A stretch of DNA of 63,859 nucleotides, filler included, from Rhabdomonas costata (lineage: Eukaryota): assembly GCA_019059605.1 (NCBI GenBank). It is 36 parts of 36 records of this genome, joined end to end, with 100 filler letters (N's around TTAATTAATTAA, not from the genome) between each part and the next. Parts side by side here need not be neighbours in the genome. Positions count along the whole stretch, not along the records: positions 35,546 to 37,222 come from JAHMHO010010822.1; positions 37,323 to 38,998 come from JAHMHO010010823.1; positions 39,099 to 40,775 come from JAHMHO010010824.1; positions 40,876 to 42,552 come from JAHMHO010010825.1; positions 42,653 to 44,329 come from JAHMHO010010826.1; positions 44,430 to 46,106 come from JAHMHO010010827.1; positions 46,207 to 47,883 come from JAHMHO010010828.1; positions 47,984 to 49,660 come from JAHMHO010010829.1; 28 more parts are not named here. One strand, written 5' to 3'. Made by a program: the position numbers and the translations under genes. Of the stretch, positions 36,312-50,014 are shown piece by piece. Each line of letters begins with the position of its first letter. Positions within the stretch are counted from its first letter, which is position 1. Below the pieces are notes generated by a model. It made no database searches, was not told the origin of the DNA, and was given only the letters and a program-made list of their open reading frames with translations.

Positions 36312-36784
36312 CTACTTTTTCTTCAGCGGGGGCTTTTTGGCGGTCGCCCGCCCGTCGTCTGCAGCAAGCTTATCCTCAATGCCGGTAAGCTGAGAAACAA
36401 ACGAGGTACGAAGTGAATTCATAACATGCGACATGCCAGAAGCGAAAAATCGGAACAAATGACATCCCACTGAGGCAGTCGACATTGAATCACTGAATAA
36501 GACAAATTATAAAAACATCAACAAGTCATGGTTAGTCGATGAACAACAATCACTGCAACATTATTTCATTGGCACCCATCACTGAGGTGGTGACTCCCCT
36601 CCGGGCCCTTTGTTTCATTTGCACACCGATACCATAACACACGAAAGTTAACCGGAAAGGAGAGGGAGGGGGGGGGCGACCTTCGCCTCCAGCTCATCCA
36701 ACTTTCCAGCAGTGAGCTTTGTGACCTGAGTCTTGATGTACTCCAGCTGGGCCTTGAGGCTGCCTTCGGCCGCACCACCCGCTG
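36312..36784 (-). CDS. C-terminus of a coiled-coil protein; exons 36784-36681 and 36389-36312
   Basis: GSLKAQLEYIKTQVTKLTAGKLDELEAK|LTGIEDKLAADDGRATAKKPPLKKK* joined by a phase-0 GT-AG intron. Confidence 0.65.
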
Positions 36785-37827
36785 CTGCGTGAGATGTTGG
36801 AGGCAACCCATCACGGCATATGACGCGCCGATGCCCTGACGTTCAGCACTTAACATTGTTAAACACCGCGTAACACCCCCTCCCTTCCCGCCGACACATG
36901 CTTCGGACCCAATTCTCACACTCCGATGTTCAGACATCATTTCACCCACTTCTGTATGTCATGCATCGCGTCCTTTAGCAAAGCAAATGAACGGAGGCAT
37001 CAAAAGAAAGAGTCTTCCTCCCCGCCCAAACAAGGTACCAGCCTCGTCCTCCTTGTTCGGCAACGCCGCCTTGGTCGCCTTAGCCTGAAATCAGGACAAG
37101 CAGAGCAAACCAACCCCAAATCATACTGCTCCAGAAAAGCTTCCCTATTGGACCTCAGATCGAATAAACACTTGTGCTCTGTTTTGAGGTGGCACATAGA
37201 CTCACGTTAGATCACCCACACCNNNNNNNNNNNNNNNNNNNNNNNNNNNNNNNNNNNNNNNNNNNNTTAATTAATTAANNNNNNNNNNNNNNNNNNNNNN
37301 NNNNNNNNNNNNNNNNNNNNNNGCACTAGCCGTGAACTCCCTTTTCTCCTCTCCATAGAGCCGCCCACTCCGCGGCTGTATGCTTAGTGCCTTCGGCGCA
37401 TTAAACACATTTTGCAGCGCACTTTATTGCAAAGCAGGCTGCATTGAAAGCAAAGACCAGGTGGTCCGTGCGAAAAAAGACACCCGAAAAAAAGGCAATG
37501 ATGAATGCGGGCGTTGGTTACCTTTGCAATAGGAAGAGGTTTGTACTCTGTTCTTGGAGCGGCAGGTGAGATGCGAAACGGGCCCCTTGCCGACGGGCGC
37601 TTTTTTGTTCCCAGTGAACCCCCGGGCCCACCGATGTCTCCGACAAGACCCCTGGTCAGCGTCGGCCAGCTGAGGTTGCATGCTGCACCCCTTTACCCTC
37701 TCTTGAGCCTTCTGATTCCCTTCCCCTTTCGCTTTCGCTTCCACTGCCGCTTCCCAATCCCCTCCGCTCCCGGTGTGGCGCAGTGGTGGGTGGATTGGTG
37801 TGGTGATCCTCTCTTTGGCTCGCGCAG

Positions 37828-38332
37828 GAGGGAGTCCCAAAGAAGCGCACGGGACTCTTTGTGGAGGGTGCCCCTGCCCGCGAGCAGACCAAGATCTTCG
37901 GCGATGATGGCTCCCAGATCGGAGTCGTCACCAGCGGCAGTACGCCTGCACACCTGCCCCTCCTCCTCTTCCGCCCTGGATATACGCAGCAGCATAGCTT
38001 CAGTCAGTGCGTAGTTCTTCATCTCCGGAGCGTTACAAGTATTTTTTCCAACTCTTTTTCTCTTCTCACCATGGAAGTGATCAGCCGCTTTATAGACTCG
38101 CGGCGTCTTCTCTGCTAGGGCAAAAGAACAGAAGCCGCAAGAGCTACAGATTGCCCTCGTGCGTTCAGGTCCGTCTCCCTGCCTCAAGAAGAACGTCGCC
38201 ATCGCGTACATCAACACATCCGCAAAGAAGAAGGCCGGGGACAAGGTCACCGTAGAGGTCCGTGGAAAGAAGCAGTTCGCCACCGTCACCGCCCTGCCCT
38301 TCGTGCCCACGCGGTTCTACCGCGGAGCATAA
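37828..38332 (+). CDS. AMT: Glycine cleavage system T protein (aminomethyltransferase), C-terminus; exons 37828-37939 and 38169-38332
   Basis: EGVPKKRTGLFVEGAPAREQTKIFGDDGSQIGVVTSG|SPSPCLKKNVAIAYIN...VEVRGKKQFATVTALPFVPTRFYRGA*. Confidence 0.95.
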
Positions 38333-39260
38333 CCCACGGCCCCGTTTCGGCCGAGTGGACACGATAGTGTGTTTTTTCGTGCTGCACATTTCCCGATGGG
38401 ATGAACTCTGGGGACTGAGCTCACCGCGTGGCGCGTGTGTGATTGCACATGCTCGCTGCACAGCAGCTGCCCACTGGAAGGCTCTGTGGGTTCGTTGCCT
38501 CATTCGCTTAATTGTTGTTTTGTTGTTTGAAGCCCGAGAGAGTGTGTTGTTTTACACTCTTGAGTGGTTCTGCGGTGAAATGGTCGTGCTTTCTTCATGG
38601 GCAGTATTCGCAGAGGCACATCTTTCGCACATCGCGGAGCGGAAATTCAACCGAACACATCGTGCGCCCCCTCCCCCTCGAGTAGTTCTGCTTGATCACG
38701 AAACAATTCTTGGACCCGATCAGACAATTTTCAAATCCTTGCTGGGGGGGACCTTAAAAAGAAACCGTACCAAAGCCTATGTCGCAAAAACCATGAGCGA
38801 ATCTTTTTACTATTTTCAATATTTGTAAACCCTTTTTGGAGGGTAACACAGTCGTGTGACCTTCCGCCGCGGGCGGTAGGTCGTCGGGCAGGATAAAACC
38901 CGGTAGCATGAACGGTAAAATGAAACGCCCGACGCCCGACGGAACACCCGCGCGATCCGGGCGTTTAAGCATATTCGGCCACCTATGCCCCCACACACNN
39001 NNNNNNNNNNNNNNNNNNNNNNNNNNNNNNNNNNNNNNNNNNTTAATTAATTAANNNNNNNNNNNNNNNNNNNNNNNNNNNNNNNNNNNNNNNNNNNNTG
39101 TTTTTTTGCTGATACCCGAGATCCTCTTTCTTTTGGATTTGTTTTCGCTCATCAAGATCGGAGCTACCGTAGTTACAAGCTATTGGCTCTTGTTTGTTGA
39201 ACATGCCGAACGCTGTGTTCCATTCCGTGTTATCTTGTATGTTTTCTGGCTTTCCCTCAG

Positions 39261-40583
39261 GAAAATTCAGGCGCGGTTGCGGGACATGCGCCGACAACTG
39301 GACGACGTTCAGGTCGCGGTGGAGCTCTCGGACGCCATCGCGACATTCGATTTGGACCGGATGGCCTTCCTCGAGGAAATCCCGGTTTGGCGTGGACTGG
39401 CCCTTCTTTTGTTCCTTAATCATTATCGTTCGAGTGACTTCTCAGATTTCCTGATGCTGTTCGTGGTGATGATGGATATGTGCACATGGATTCGCTACAA
39501 GCCTGTCATTCAGCAGGGGTGGGTGGGGGTCCAGACCTATGTCAGAACAATAACTTTAGTGCTGAACTTAAAGCCAAACGTTCATCATGCGCTTGCACGT
39601 GGACTGCACGTGGCTCTTTTTCTTAAACATACAATACTTGCTGGAAAGCTGATGAGCTGAGGCAGTCCCCGCCCGTCCATCCATCCATTTAGGCCGCTTT
39701 AGTTTTTGTTGGAGGGCGGAGGGGGAGGAGATTGTTTGAAAGTCTTTCATCGTCGTGTTCCCTGAGTCATCTCAGCGGTTTGGATGTGCCTATCAGTACT
39801 AATTCATGCACCTTAACCTTAACCTTAGCAACCTTCGCGACGAAGGCAATCGAAATTTTGCACTCTGATCTGAAATTCGAGGTGTTCATAAAGGATTGGT
39901 CCCAGAAGGATTCGGGGTACAAGTCGTATGTATCGAACACAGAACTTTTCCCCACCCGTGCCTCAACCCGGGTCTTGTTTTCCTCCCGCGCATTTTCCGG
40001 AAACCTAAGCCTGTGTGGCGATGCCGATGATATGTGGAAGTGCGGTCAAAGTGATGGAGAACAAATTGCGGAAAAAAGAAGCGGACCGTTAATTTCACGA
40101 GTGCAGCCCACCAGGGTTGGGTCCCAACCTGCCCCGTGACCTTTTCTGTCTGAAAAGTTCACCAAAGGGTGCAATAATTCAGGCCAAAGTAAATGTTATA
40201 GGTTGTTCGTCCCCCAACCAGCCTACATTCCGGGATAACCCGACGATCAGCCCCGATCCGGAAGCTAGGACGCGACTAAATGGTTGAGGACCGAAAGGGG
40301 AGGTTACGTGTCGCAGTCTTTCACTCCCACCCGCACCACTGTATCTTCATTCATGCAGAACCCGACCTCCACACAGCAGTCCTGCCTGAGGATCTTCCAC
40401 AGCCTGAGGCAAGTCAAGAAGTACATCCCGCAGGCCGTGCTGGAACAGCTGCGGGGCGGAGATTCTGAAGCGGATGAGGAGGATGTGGATGATGGCGAGC
40501 CGATCCAGGAGGCGAGCGCCGAGGGATGCGCGCTGACTCCCAAGAGTCACCCCAGCATAAAACCCACTGCCTCTTCTGCGACG
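39261..40583 (+). CDS. Putative receptor-type class III nucleotide cyclase family protein, juxtamembrane linker; exons 39261-39384 and 40359-40583
   Basis: VAVELSDAIATFDLDRMAFLEEIP|NPTSTQQSCLRIFHSLRQVKKYIPQAVL followed by an acidic spacer resembles the helical L+.Y..Y(I/L)P..L segment that precedes cyclase domains. The catalytic domain is not in the contig. Confidence 0.6.
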
Positions 40584-42849
40584 GTGTGTGTGGATGTGTT
40601 TGCGTGCTTGTGGCTTTGTCTCGGAGAGAAATTATGTATTTTACCCATTTGTGTTCAGTTTGTTGTTCAGTGTGTGTTTGTGCACGTGCATGTTGCAACC
40701 CGGAAATTGGGGTTCGCGCACATTCGGCAGGAATGTGCGCGAACCCCAATTTCCGGGTTGCAACACACCCACAACNNNNNNNNNNNNNNNNNNNNNNNNN
40801 NNNNNNNNNNNNNNNNNNNTTAATTAATTAANNNNNNNNNNNNNNNNNNNNNNNNNNNNNNNNNNNNNNNNNNNNTGAAGGAGTTTCAATGGCGCTGGAA
40901 CCTCCCTGACCACTCTGATCCTTTTTTATCACTAATGCAGTGTATTGCGGATGGCTGTTTTCAGTGACTTGTCTTTCGGCCTCGTGGGCGAATAAGTGTA
41001 GGCATGCCGATATGTCTTACTTCTAGCTACGCGTCATGGGTGGATATCGGACAAGGTTAACCCTGAAGTCTGGTAGGGATTAGGTCGTCTCTCAAGGTTT
41101 CCGTAGGCCAACACCTATACGATGAGCTCACCGACGGTATGGCGCATCATTGCTACGTGTAGGAGGAACGGGGTTGGATGACTATCTGTCAGTATCTGAG
41201 GCGTGGGCGTGACAGCAAGGCGATGGTTGCGTGGAGGCGTGGGAGCGTGGAAAGGACGTTGGAGGTAAGACTATCATCGATCGGAAGGGGACGCCAAACC
41301 CAAGTTGTGTGCTGAACTGAATAGCGTATTCGTCTGCCGAGAGCAACCCCGGTGGTTAAGGTGTGGCGAGGCGATGTCTATGCGTGTGGTGATAGAGTGC
41401 ATTACGTGCTGTCACACTGACGAAAGGTCATCACATGATGTGGAATCGCAGCGTTCGAACCGAGACACAAAAATCATGTGTATGGGCGTATGTGTACGAG
41501 GTAGGCATATGTGTGTTATTAAATTGGGTTGTTGTGCAACACATAACCACCAAGCCACCTGGTAAACGATGGAGCCAAGGAAGGTGACCGGTAGAGGTTA
41601 CTCATGTGCATACGTTGAGGTGATATCTGGTTGGGTTGGGGCAAATCATACCCGTACATCACAGTTTGTCACACGGTTATGACCCCAGCTAGCCAGGAGA
41701 CGTACATCAATGCTGCAATACCGTGGTATGAGGCTATGGGTATAACTGCTATATATAGTATTAGTATTACGCGCATAGCGGTAATACCTGGTAGTGTCAT
41801 GGTGTTGGGGTGGGAGCGTAGTAGCCTAGTAGTGGTGATGTCTTCCAAGGCTCACTCTCACTCTCGGAATCCAAAACACCCATATGTGTTGAGGCATCTA
41901 CCGAGAGTGACCAGCGCACCCTAATCCATAAGAGTGCTTTATGCTGGTAGTGTAAGAGTGACCCTTGTAGTGGCATCCATAGGGGTAGAGGGCATCACCG
42001 CATATCCAGTGATCCAACGCATATGGTAATACCCAATGTTAGTAGAGTTTGCGTAGTGGTATTGTTTATTAGTGGTGACGTTGGCGTATGCTAGCTGCCT
42101 CAAGGGTGGTGTGCGTCTTGGCATCCCGGTACCATGGGTGTAAGACCAAGGTGATGTCCCCCAGTGAGTATAGTGATCGCGACCTCTGCCTTTATGCCAT
42201 GGAGTGCTTTGATGCCTCACGTTCCTTCCGTCCACCGAAATAGAAGGAACCACCACCTGAACCCCAACTAGGATGGACGACATCAAGTGCCCCGAGCATA
42301 CATCGCGCGCTGCTGGGTGCTCGCACGAGGATCTTCATAACCCTGTTGTGAGCCGCGGGGCACCGGTTCACCACACAGGCAAAGAAATCTCTGCCTGCCC
42401 CGCTGGTTCTAGACACATGCAAAGCTTTCATGCAAAAACATCAAAAACATCAAAATATTTCCTCTCGGAAAACCTCGGCCCCACCTACATGCCAACACTT
42501 TAAAACAAGTGGTCAAATGCCGCGTTCCCTCACCCAGCACTTCACACCCCCCNNNNNNNNNNNNNNNNNNNNNNNNNNNNNNNNNNNNNNNNNNNNTTAA
42601 TTAATTAANNNNNNNNNNNNNNNNNNNNNNNNNNNNNNNNNNNNNNNNNNNNGGGGGGGTGGAATTTCCCAAGCCGTTGCTTGCGGCTCTACATACAGTC
42701 GACTCTGTGTGGCTATTGGCTATTATGGGGGCGACATTAGGTATTACAGAAAGTCATCTTGCCACCTATTTAGCCACGCTGACATTCAAAAGTTAGGAGC
42801 AGGCTTTTCCCGGTCCCTTTGCTGGTCTGAGTCCCCACTGTGTTCTCAG

Positions 42850-43923
42850 GAGATCGTGGACAACATCAAGGTGTACCTGCCCTACATCCCGGAGTCTCTG
42901 CGTGCGCTGGTTGGCGCGGGCCGCGCTGGAAGTGAGAATGACGACGCGCAAGACGCTCTGCAGGACCTGATGCCTTCGTTTGTGCCCGTCATCCCCTCGT
43001 GCAGGTGCCCTCCATGATTGTTTCACTGCAGCTGCAGTGCGGGAACTGGGGAAAGGGTTTTCTCCTCTCCCTGTCTCTCCCTCTGCGCGTAGCTCTGCCC
43101 GTTTTGCTTCAAGACGGAGAATTTAGAAAATTTTTCTAAGAAGAACAGATCATCGTTTGTTCCTATAAAGGTATGAAGGTGTGGCGGTCCGAATTGTACA
43201 CCTGTGCAGTGCCTGTGTCTTCGGATGGGGGTGCCTTGGCTTTGGTATGGCTGGATTCCTTTTTTAACGGGGAGGGGGTTTGACTTTCACAGTCAAATAT
43301 TGGTGTAGAAAAGGATTCAGAGGCTGAGAAGAGACCAACCAACTTATTTCAACACTACCACCTAAAATAAGGCCCTCGCCTAAACCACGTGGGTCATGCC
43401 ATACCACTAAATACAAGCCCCGCTACTGTAGCTGAGGTCAATTTTGGGTCTCCGGTTCTGTTCTTTCCGTTCCATTTTGCGATTATGAAGTGTGTCCCCC
43501 AGCGAATAGGACGTCCTGCAGCTCGTCATCCCGCTTATGGTGAGCCGCGTTTCAACTCAACAATCAAAGTTTTCCGCACGAGCGATAAGCACATTAATCC
43601 TGCAAAAGTGTGGACAACTGCTCACTCTTCGTCCCCCTTTCTTGGCGTTTTCAAGGGATTAGTGGCAATTCTTCCTGACCTCCTAGAATGTGCGTTTGAG
43701 TGTTGTACCAACGAATTTTGGGTTATTATTCTGTGCTTGTGGGGGTTGTGAGATAAAAAGATTCTTCACCCCAAGAGATGTTGCATCCCCTTGGATCTCC
43801 TTCCAGTGGTATGTTTTGTGCAGCGAGGCTGACTACAACGCCGGGTCTGTGGAGGGAGGCCGGCAGAAGACCGTGACAATCAAAGTACCTCGCTGCCTTC
43901 GCGATCATAGTGGCTCCTTGAAG
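42850..43923 (+). CDS. Second cyclase-linker-like paralogue; exons 42850-43004 and 43824-43923
   Basis: EIVDNIKVYLPYIPESLR has the same pattern as the contig at 39261. A phase-2 GT-AG intron joins VIPSC|SEADYNAGSV. Confidence 0.55.
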
Positions 43924-45436
43924 GTGCGGCATTGCCGGGGTTTTCGCTCTTTAGAAAAGTTGCCTGGTATCAAGTGTTCAAGTTGGCAGCCCGGAAGATA
44001 GACAAGGTACCACGCTCTCACACAGAGAAGCGATGAAAAGAAAGAAGAGGCAACCAATTCCAACCCCAGGTCCTCCGCGAAGGAGAAGATGTGGTTGGAG
44101 TGGTGCAATCATTTCTGCTTTGGAGGTAACAAACGCTAGAGGTGGCACCCACACACCCACGAAAAAAAAAAGAGACTACTTGCTAGAAATTGCACTGGTT
44201 CCCGCTTGTGGCAATACCATCGTCGGTTCCTCCTGTAAAACGGAAGTGGGGTGGAGTAAAGGTACAGTTCTTCGTTCGATGGTAGTTGCACTGCTGTGGG
44301 GAAGAACTGTACCTTTACACCACCCCCCCNNNNNNNNNNNNNNNNNNNNNNNNNNNNNNNNNNNNNNNNNNNNTTAATTAATTAANNNNNNNNNNNNNNN
44401 NNNNNNNNNNNNNNNNNNNNNNNNNNNNNTGTGTTTTGTTACAGCGCGTTTCGGACGAAAATGTTGTTTTCAGGGCTCCAGTTCGAACAGCGTCTCCTTT
44501 TCAGTCTCCTTTTCTCCGGCTTATTGAGGAGTTGCACCTCATTTGGGGATCACCACCCTTGTTCCATGGCGCAGGTTGACTCGAATTCCCCGGAAAGTTG
44601 ATCTGCATGGCATTCTATTGTGCCGCTGTATTGTTTGGGATCTTCACGGTGGACTTTGACACTGCTCTCCTTTTTGACTCGCGAATCATGGCAGAACTGA
44701 TCCTCATATGAAAATGAAAGTGCACGTTGGACGCTGGACGTCTTTCGTACGTGAGAATCGTATGCTGTGAATAATAATGCGACCTTCTTCTCTGGGGGGA
44801 TGGGGCCTCCTCTTCTTGAAAGCGCATAGTGCGCTGACTTGTTGTTGCCTGTTTGACTGTGTGATGAAGATCGCTGGTTGACGTTGAGGCGATATCTCAG
44901 TCTCATGGTGATCCCTCGTTCACTGTACACGTCTGCTGCATACGTGCCTGGAGTCCGCAGGCCGGTGTAGCGCCCCACAAACAGAGCTGGTGTGTGAAGG
45001 GAGAACACTGGTACGGATACTGTCAGGTACCGAAGTCAACTCACATCCATATCACGGTGGAACAAGCCGGTAGGCTGAAGGCAACCCTGGCCACACCGCA
45101 ACCAAATCTTCCCCTGTGGAACATGGGGACCAGCAGGTGCCTGGTAGGGAACAGAAGCTGCCTGGAGATGACGGAGTCTCGAGCAGGGAGACTTAAGACT
45201 TTAGGAGCTGACTGAGACAGGTCTATCTCTCGCCCACAAAGCTCCCCCACACACATGTGTTTCTGCTGAGTCTACTCAACTTCGCGGGCTGTATTCTGGC
45301 TCCTGCCGAGTACTAATATGCGGCTTTACATGACTTCTGTCCTGCCTCTGTCCTCTGAGGCTCTTGGTCTTCTCCGTCAGCTACGCCATCCGAAAAATCT
45401 TCAGCTGCTTCCGCAACCACACACAAATATGCACAC

Positions 45437-45516
45437 CGGATCTCCTCCTCCACCAGCTGGCCCGAGCTGATCAGGAGCTCCTCGGGGTGCACCACGGGCT
45501 TCGGGCGGCTCTCCAC
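45437..45516 (-). CDS. Isolated internal exon, unknown protein (VESRPKPVVHPEELLISSGQLVEEEIR)
   Basis: (CT)n-TAG acceptor, CG|GTGTGC donor, GC3-rich codons. Confidence 0.5.
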
Positions 45517-48500
45517 CTAAGAGAGAGAGAGAGAGGTCCGGCCATCCCCCATCCCATCCCACCCAGACAACGGCCAACACCCTTGTGACTGAGCCATTGT
45601 GGGCGTCTACACGGTAAATGGGAAGAGGGAGTGAGAAAGTGAAAGTGGTAGTAGAACATACTGGTTTTGAAAAGCGCTCCATCGGTGAGGGGAACACAGG
45701 CCACACAGAATCCCTTTTCTACCGCTGTTTCCGCTCAGTGTGCCCCGCAGATTATGCCTGTGCTTTTTTATTTTTAATAACTTTGTCCCTTTAATGTAAC
45801 AATTCCTGGGAACCCTTAATCGCCCTTTTTTTTTGGGGGACAGAGAAGGCTGAAAAAACCAGACAAAAACACACCAGAAATACCGAGAAAAGGTACAACA
45901 ATACAAAAAATCTTGTAAATCTATGCGGAGCTGTCCAAAAAAAACTAGTCTCCTAACTCGCCCAGGGCCACAATAAACAACAACAACAACAACACCAACA
46001 ACAACTTGCACCGGCATCTGAATGCGAAACCTTGTTCTTAAGTCTCCAGGGTTGGAAAACTTGCCGCTCAAAACGGCTTGGACGATCAATCAAAGCACAC
46101 CACAACNNNNNNNNNNNNNNNNNNNNNNNNNNNNNNNNNNNNNNNNNNNNTTAATTAATTAANNNNNNNNNNNNNNNNNNNNNNNNNNNNNNNNNNNNNN
46201 NNNNNNCTACCACAGCCATAAATGTCTACCCACGCGCATCGGTAGATAGAGGGAGAAGGGTCAAAGACCTTACCATTATCGCACTATTGCACTCTGTATT
46301 TACGCACACAAGCAGAGTGCAATAGTGCGATTTCGTGTTGTCCAAGCGAACACAGTAAAAAAAAACGAGCGCAACAGGCGCGTGAAGTCCCGTTGTGCCC
46401 GTCCTCTCTTCTTCTGACGGCGCGATCCGTCAACAACCGACACCAACGTGCCGAAAAAGGGCCTACCCACTGTTCGCAGTGGAAACCGCCCTCGCCGGGC
46501 CTCCCTCACTTCCTACCGGGCGCGGCAGCACCGCGCGCAGCTGCCGCGGAAGAACAGCGGGTCGCGCCCTCACACGCATGTAAAACCGAAGCTTTTCTAC
46601 GAGCCCGGTCGTCAACTAAGGGAGAACCACGGGCAGACGGAGTCCTCGCGGTGCGGCCAGGACTCAATGGCACCGCTTTCACTTGCCGGTCGGGAAGATA
46701 CGCTAGAAGGCTCCGTGTGGAGTGGGGAAGTGCCAGACGAAAAGGAGACCCGCACCTTCAAGCAGCGCATCACCTCACTCCGCGCCACAGGGTTCACCGG
46801 CACCTGTCAGCGCAGCTGCTGCAGCCTCCGTCGGGCTCGGTCGAGGCAGTCGACAGAAGAAATTGTCCCGGTAGCGACAGCTCAGTTGGCCCACCAACAG
46901 GGCTGCTCGCGGAACAGCGCAACAATCTCTGCCAGAGCTGCCGAGAGATCCCCTAAATGGGCAACCCAACAGCCTGCCGCAGCCGCAGCTTGCTTTCATC
47001 CGCGTTGACCGCGTTGAGAGCCTGAGATTCCATTTTCTGTTCCAGCTCGTATTCGACGACTGCACGCACGGTAGCGGCATTGACATTCCCGTGATGAGGT
47101 CCCACAGCCACTTCAACATGGTCGGCCGCTTTTGCACCCTTGGTAATCGCGAAGCTGTGCACTCCGCGGCGTCGGCGGTAGGTGAAGGTCATCCAGTATT
47201 TCAGCGCCTCATGCGGAGATTTGAGAAAACAGTTCTCAACGTCGTCCTCCAGCGGCTAAAAAAGGCTAGGGTGCTCCAGAAGCTTCTCCAGCCAAGCATG
47301 AACCCTTCGGTGCATATGCCATGTCGGGGTGTGTGAGAGGGACCTCCCCGAAACCACCACCGACGCCGTCTGGACCAGCAAACTTAGTGCCCGGCCCACT
47401 CGCCGCAGAAAGGTCCGACAAGGATGCCCTGCGTGCGCATTGCTTGGTCTGCTTGGGATATTCATAAGCAGCGACTTTCGCGTCACGGTCCAGTAACCGA
47501 TTGGTGGTGAAACACGGAGAGGAGGTCGGAATGTATTCTGCGTGACCGCTGTCTCCCGAATCCGAGTACTCGGCCGTGTCAACGACAGATGGCAACGACG
47601 AGGATACCGCGGAGACCCTAAAAGACACGGCACACCAGGACCAACCTTCCCGGATTACGGGTAAACACATCGGCATTCGAGGATGTAGTCTGCAGCCCGT
47701 CTCAACGGTCGGCCACCGATGAGGGATCACGGCTCGAGTCTGACCCTTGCCTCCGGTTGTGTGGACAACATTCTGACAGTTGACGCACGGCTATTGGGTC
47801 TTCGCCAACCGAATGTGTTCGATTCACGAGCAAGCGGCGGCCGAGCTCCAAGGCAACAGCAAGCACCAAAAGGGAAGTTAATGNNNNNNNNNNNNNNNNN
47901 NNNNNNNNNNNNNNNNNNNNNNNNNNNTTAATTAATTAANNNNNNNNNNNNNNNNNNNNNNNNNNNNNNNNNNNNNNNNNNNNGGGGTGGGGGGTGCGCC
48001 GACCCAAAGTGAGCTGTGAAAGAAAAAAGAAGCCCTCGTTAAAAAATAACTGGAGAACGGAAAATTAGCGAAAAAAATGCAAAAATGCAAAAGAAAATGC
48101 ATTGCTTCCGCCCACTCTTCCATTTGTAGTGCTTTACTAAGCCACCAAGTGAAGCAAAGCGAGCAAGCAACTAAAGTCCACCGGCAGGCGGAGGAGCAGG
48201 CAGTATTTTAACAATGGCAATGGCGGGGGGACAGTTCAATGGCCACAAGTACTGATGGGGAAGAGCGAAACAGCCTATACAATCGATTCTTCAACCATGC
48301 AATAGGCGCATGTGACGACAAAGAGAAGACCCCTCACTCCTCCACTCCGCAGACACATACACGCACACCCGAACCACACAAGGCCCCTCCGTTGCTTCCC
48401 GTTCCGTCTCCGTGGGCACGGGTGTAGTGCCTGCCGGAGGGGGAGAGGAATGTCCACTCGTGTGTGCACAGAAAAACGGGAAGCAAATATCGAATAGGTA

Positions 48501-49424
48501 GGTGACAGGCAGGCAGGTCACAGACACACAGACGACGCCAAACAGTGCGAGCAGCGCGGCCCTGCGTGGAGGCGGAGGCAGTGGCTGGAGGAGGGGAGCG
48601 ATGAGTGGGCGCTTACTCCATTCATGAGTAAGCCACCCGTGAGGAGCACACGATTTACATGAAAATAAAAAGCAGACGACAAAAATGCAAAAATGGGAGC
48701 AAGCAAAGAAAAGTAGGCAGAGCCGCCAGCCATGAGTTGAGAAAGAGGTTCAGGGGGCACCGGCCCAACTCACCGATCATGGAGAAGTCTTTCGGTCAGC
48801 TCACAAAATCCACCACCACCATCAGGCCTCCGGGTAGATGGCTCGATGTAAAACTCCACATATCTGCTTGTGAGCCGCCCTAAAGCAAACGGAATAATAC
48901 AACCACAAAAAAAACTCCAAAACTCCAAAAGATAAAAGCAAAGTTAGCTGGGAGAGGCACCCGTTTGACGCCAATTAGACGAGTTAGTGACGAGTTGGTG
49001 GGGTCAGAGCGTTCGGCATGCCTCACCCCCCCATAAAACACCGGAGAAAAAAAGAGTAGGATCACTCACCTGCACCACGCATCCCTTACTTACCAGTGTA
49101 AATATAAATTATTGCGCTTTCATTGGACACTGAAACTCTGTGCGCAGCTGTCATGGCTCTTTCGGGTTTGTTTATTTTTTAAATACAAGTTGAAAATAGA
49201 AATGGAAGCAGAACTGAAAGGGCTGCGGGTGCATTGCATCGATTGATCGAGAGTCGAAACGCACTCACACGCACAATCGATGAAACCCACTGCACGAAAC
49301 CCCCCCCAAAACAACCTCAACGTGGCAAAACCGGAAAGATTCTGGGCCAAATGCAAGGGCACCGTTGCGGCCCTGCACTCTCTGTGTGCGTGCGTGCGTG
49401 AGTGTGTGCGGGCGAAAGGCGCAC

Positions 49425-49475
49425 CAGTCCGCCCGCTGGCAGTCCTTCGAGCAATACTTCACCCATGCGCAGGCG
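49425..49475 (-). CDS. zf-MYND zinc finger micro-exon
   Basis: ACAWVKYCSKDCQRADW is the MYND core. TTGCAG acceptor and TG|GTGCGC donor. Confidence 0.8.
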
Positions 49476-49760
49476 CTGCAACGCTTGTGTTCCTGTCACG
49501 CGCACAGCCACACCACAGCGGCGTTCGCCAAAATGACACACAATATACAGCTTTGCGAACCGGGAGCACGGGGAAAAAGGTGTGAGAGCCATACCGACGC
49601 ACCCTCTGCGTAGGGAAAACCAAGGGTAGATCTTTGCAGCGGTGGCCCAGACCAAAAAACNNNNNNNNNNNNNNNNNNNNNNNNNNNNNNNNNNNNNNNN
49701 NNNNTTAATTAATTAANNNNNNNNNNNNNNNNNNNNNNNNNNNNNNNNNNNNNNNNNNNN

Positions 49761-50014
49761 CTGTGGAGCAGCGGAGCAATCCGTGGCTGCACGCGGTGCT
49801 GCGGAGTCTTGGTCGGGAGCGTCGGGGGCTACTGGAGGTTCTGTCGCCGCATCTGCCTCCTTCGTTGCAAAGTGTGAACATTCCTCGAGTACGTGTTCAT
49901 GGTCTTAGCATGGCGATGAAGCTGCTGTGCAGATCAGGCTCTGTGGACCACTTAGTTCTGGAAAAGTATTTGTTTAGTGCGCCCTGTGGTAACAATGCGG
50001 TGTTTACCATTTAG
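49761..50014 (+). CDS. Possible terminal exon of an unknown gene
   Basis: Open frame from the contig start to TAG. No motif. Confidence 0.3.

Noticed and set aside
36681..36784. Dynamitin (DCTN2) similarity of the coiled-coil exon
   Set aside because: The protein stops 25 residues later, unlike dynamitin. The resemblance is generic heptad similarity.
46612..47260. Stop-codon reassignment suggested by coding-like minus-strand sequence interrupted by stops
   Set aside because: TAA, TAG and TGA all act as true stops in well-supported genes (AMT, 36312 exon, MOCS3). A decayed sequence is more likely.
9760..49410. (GT)n/(CA)n and (CT)n tracts and the TTTTTCGTAA 10-mer run at 24641-24700 as functional signals
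   Set aside because: These are ordinary intronic microsatellites or low-complexity sequence with no further structure.
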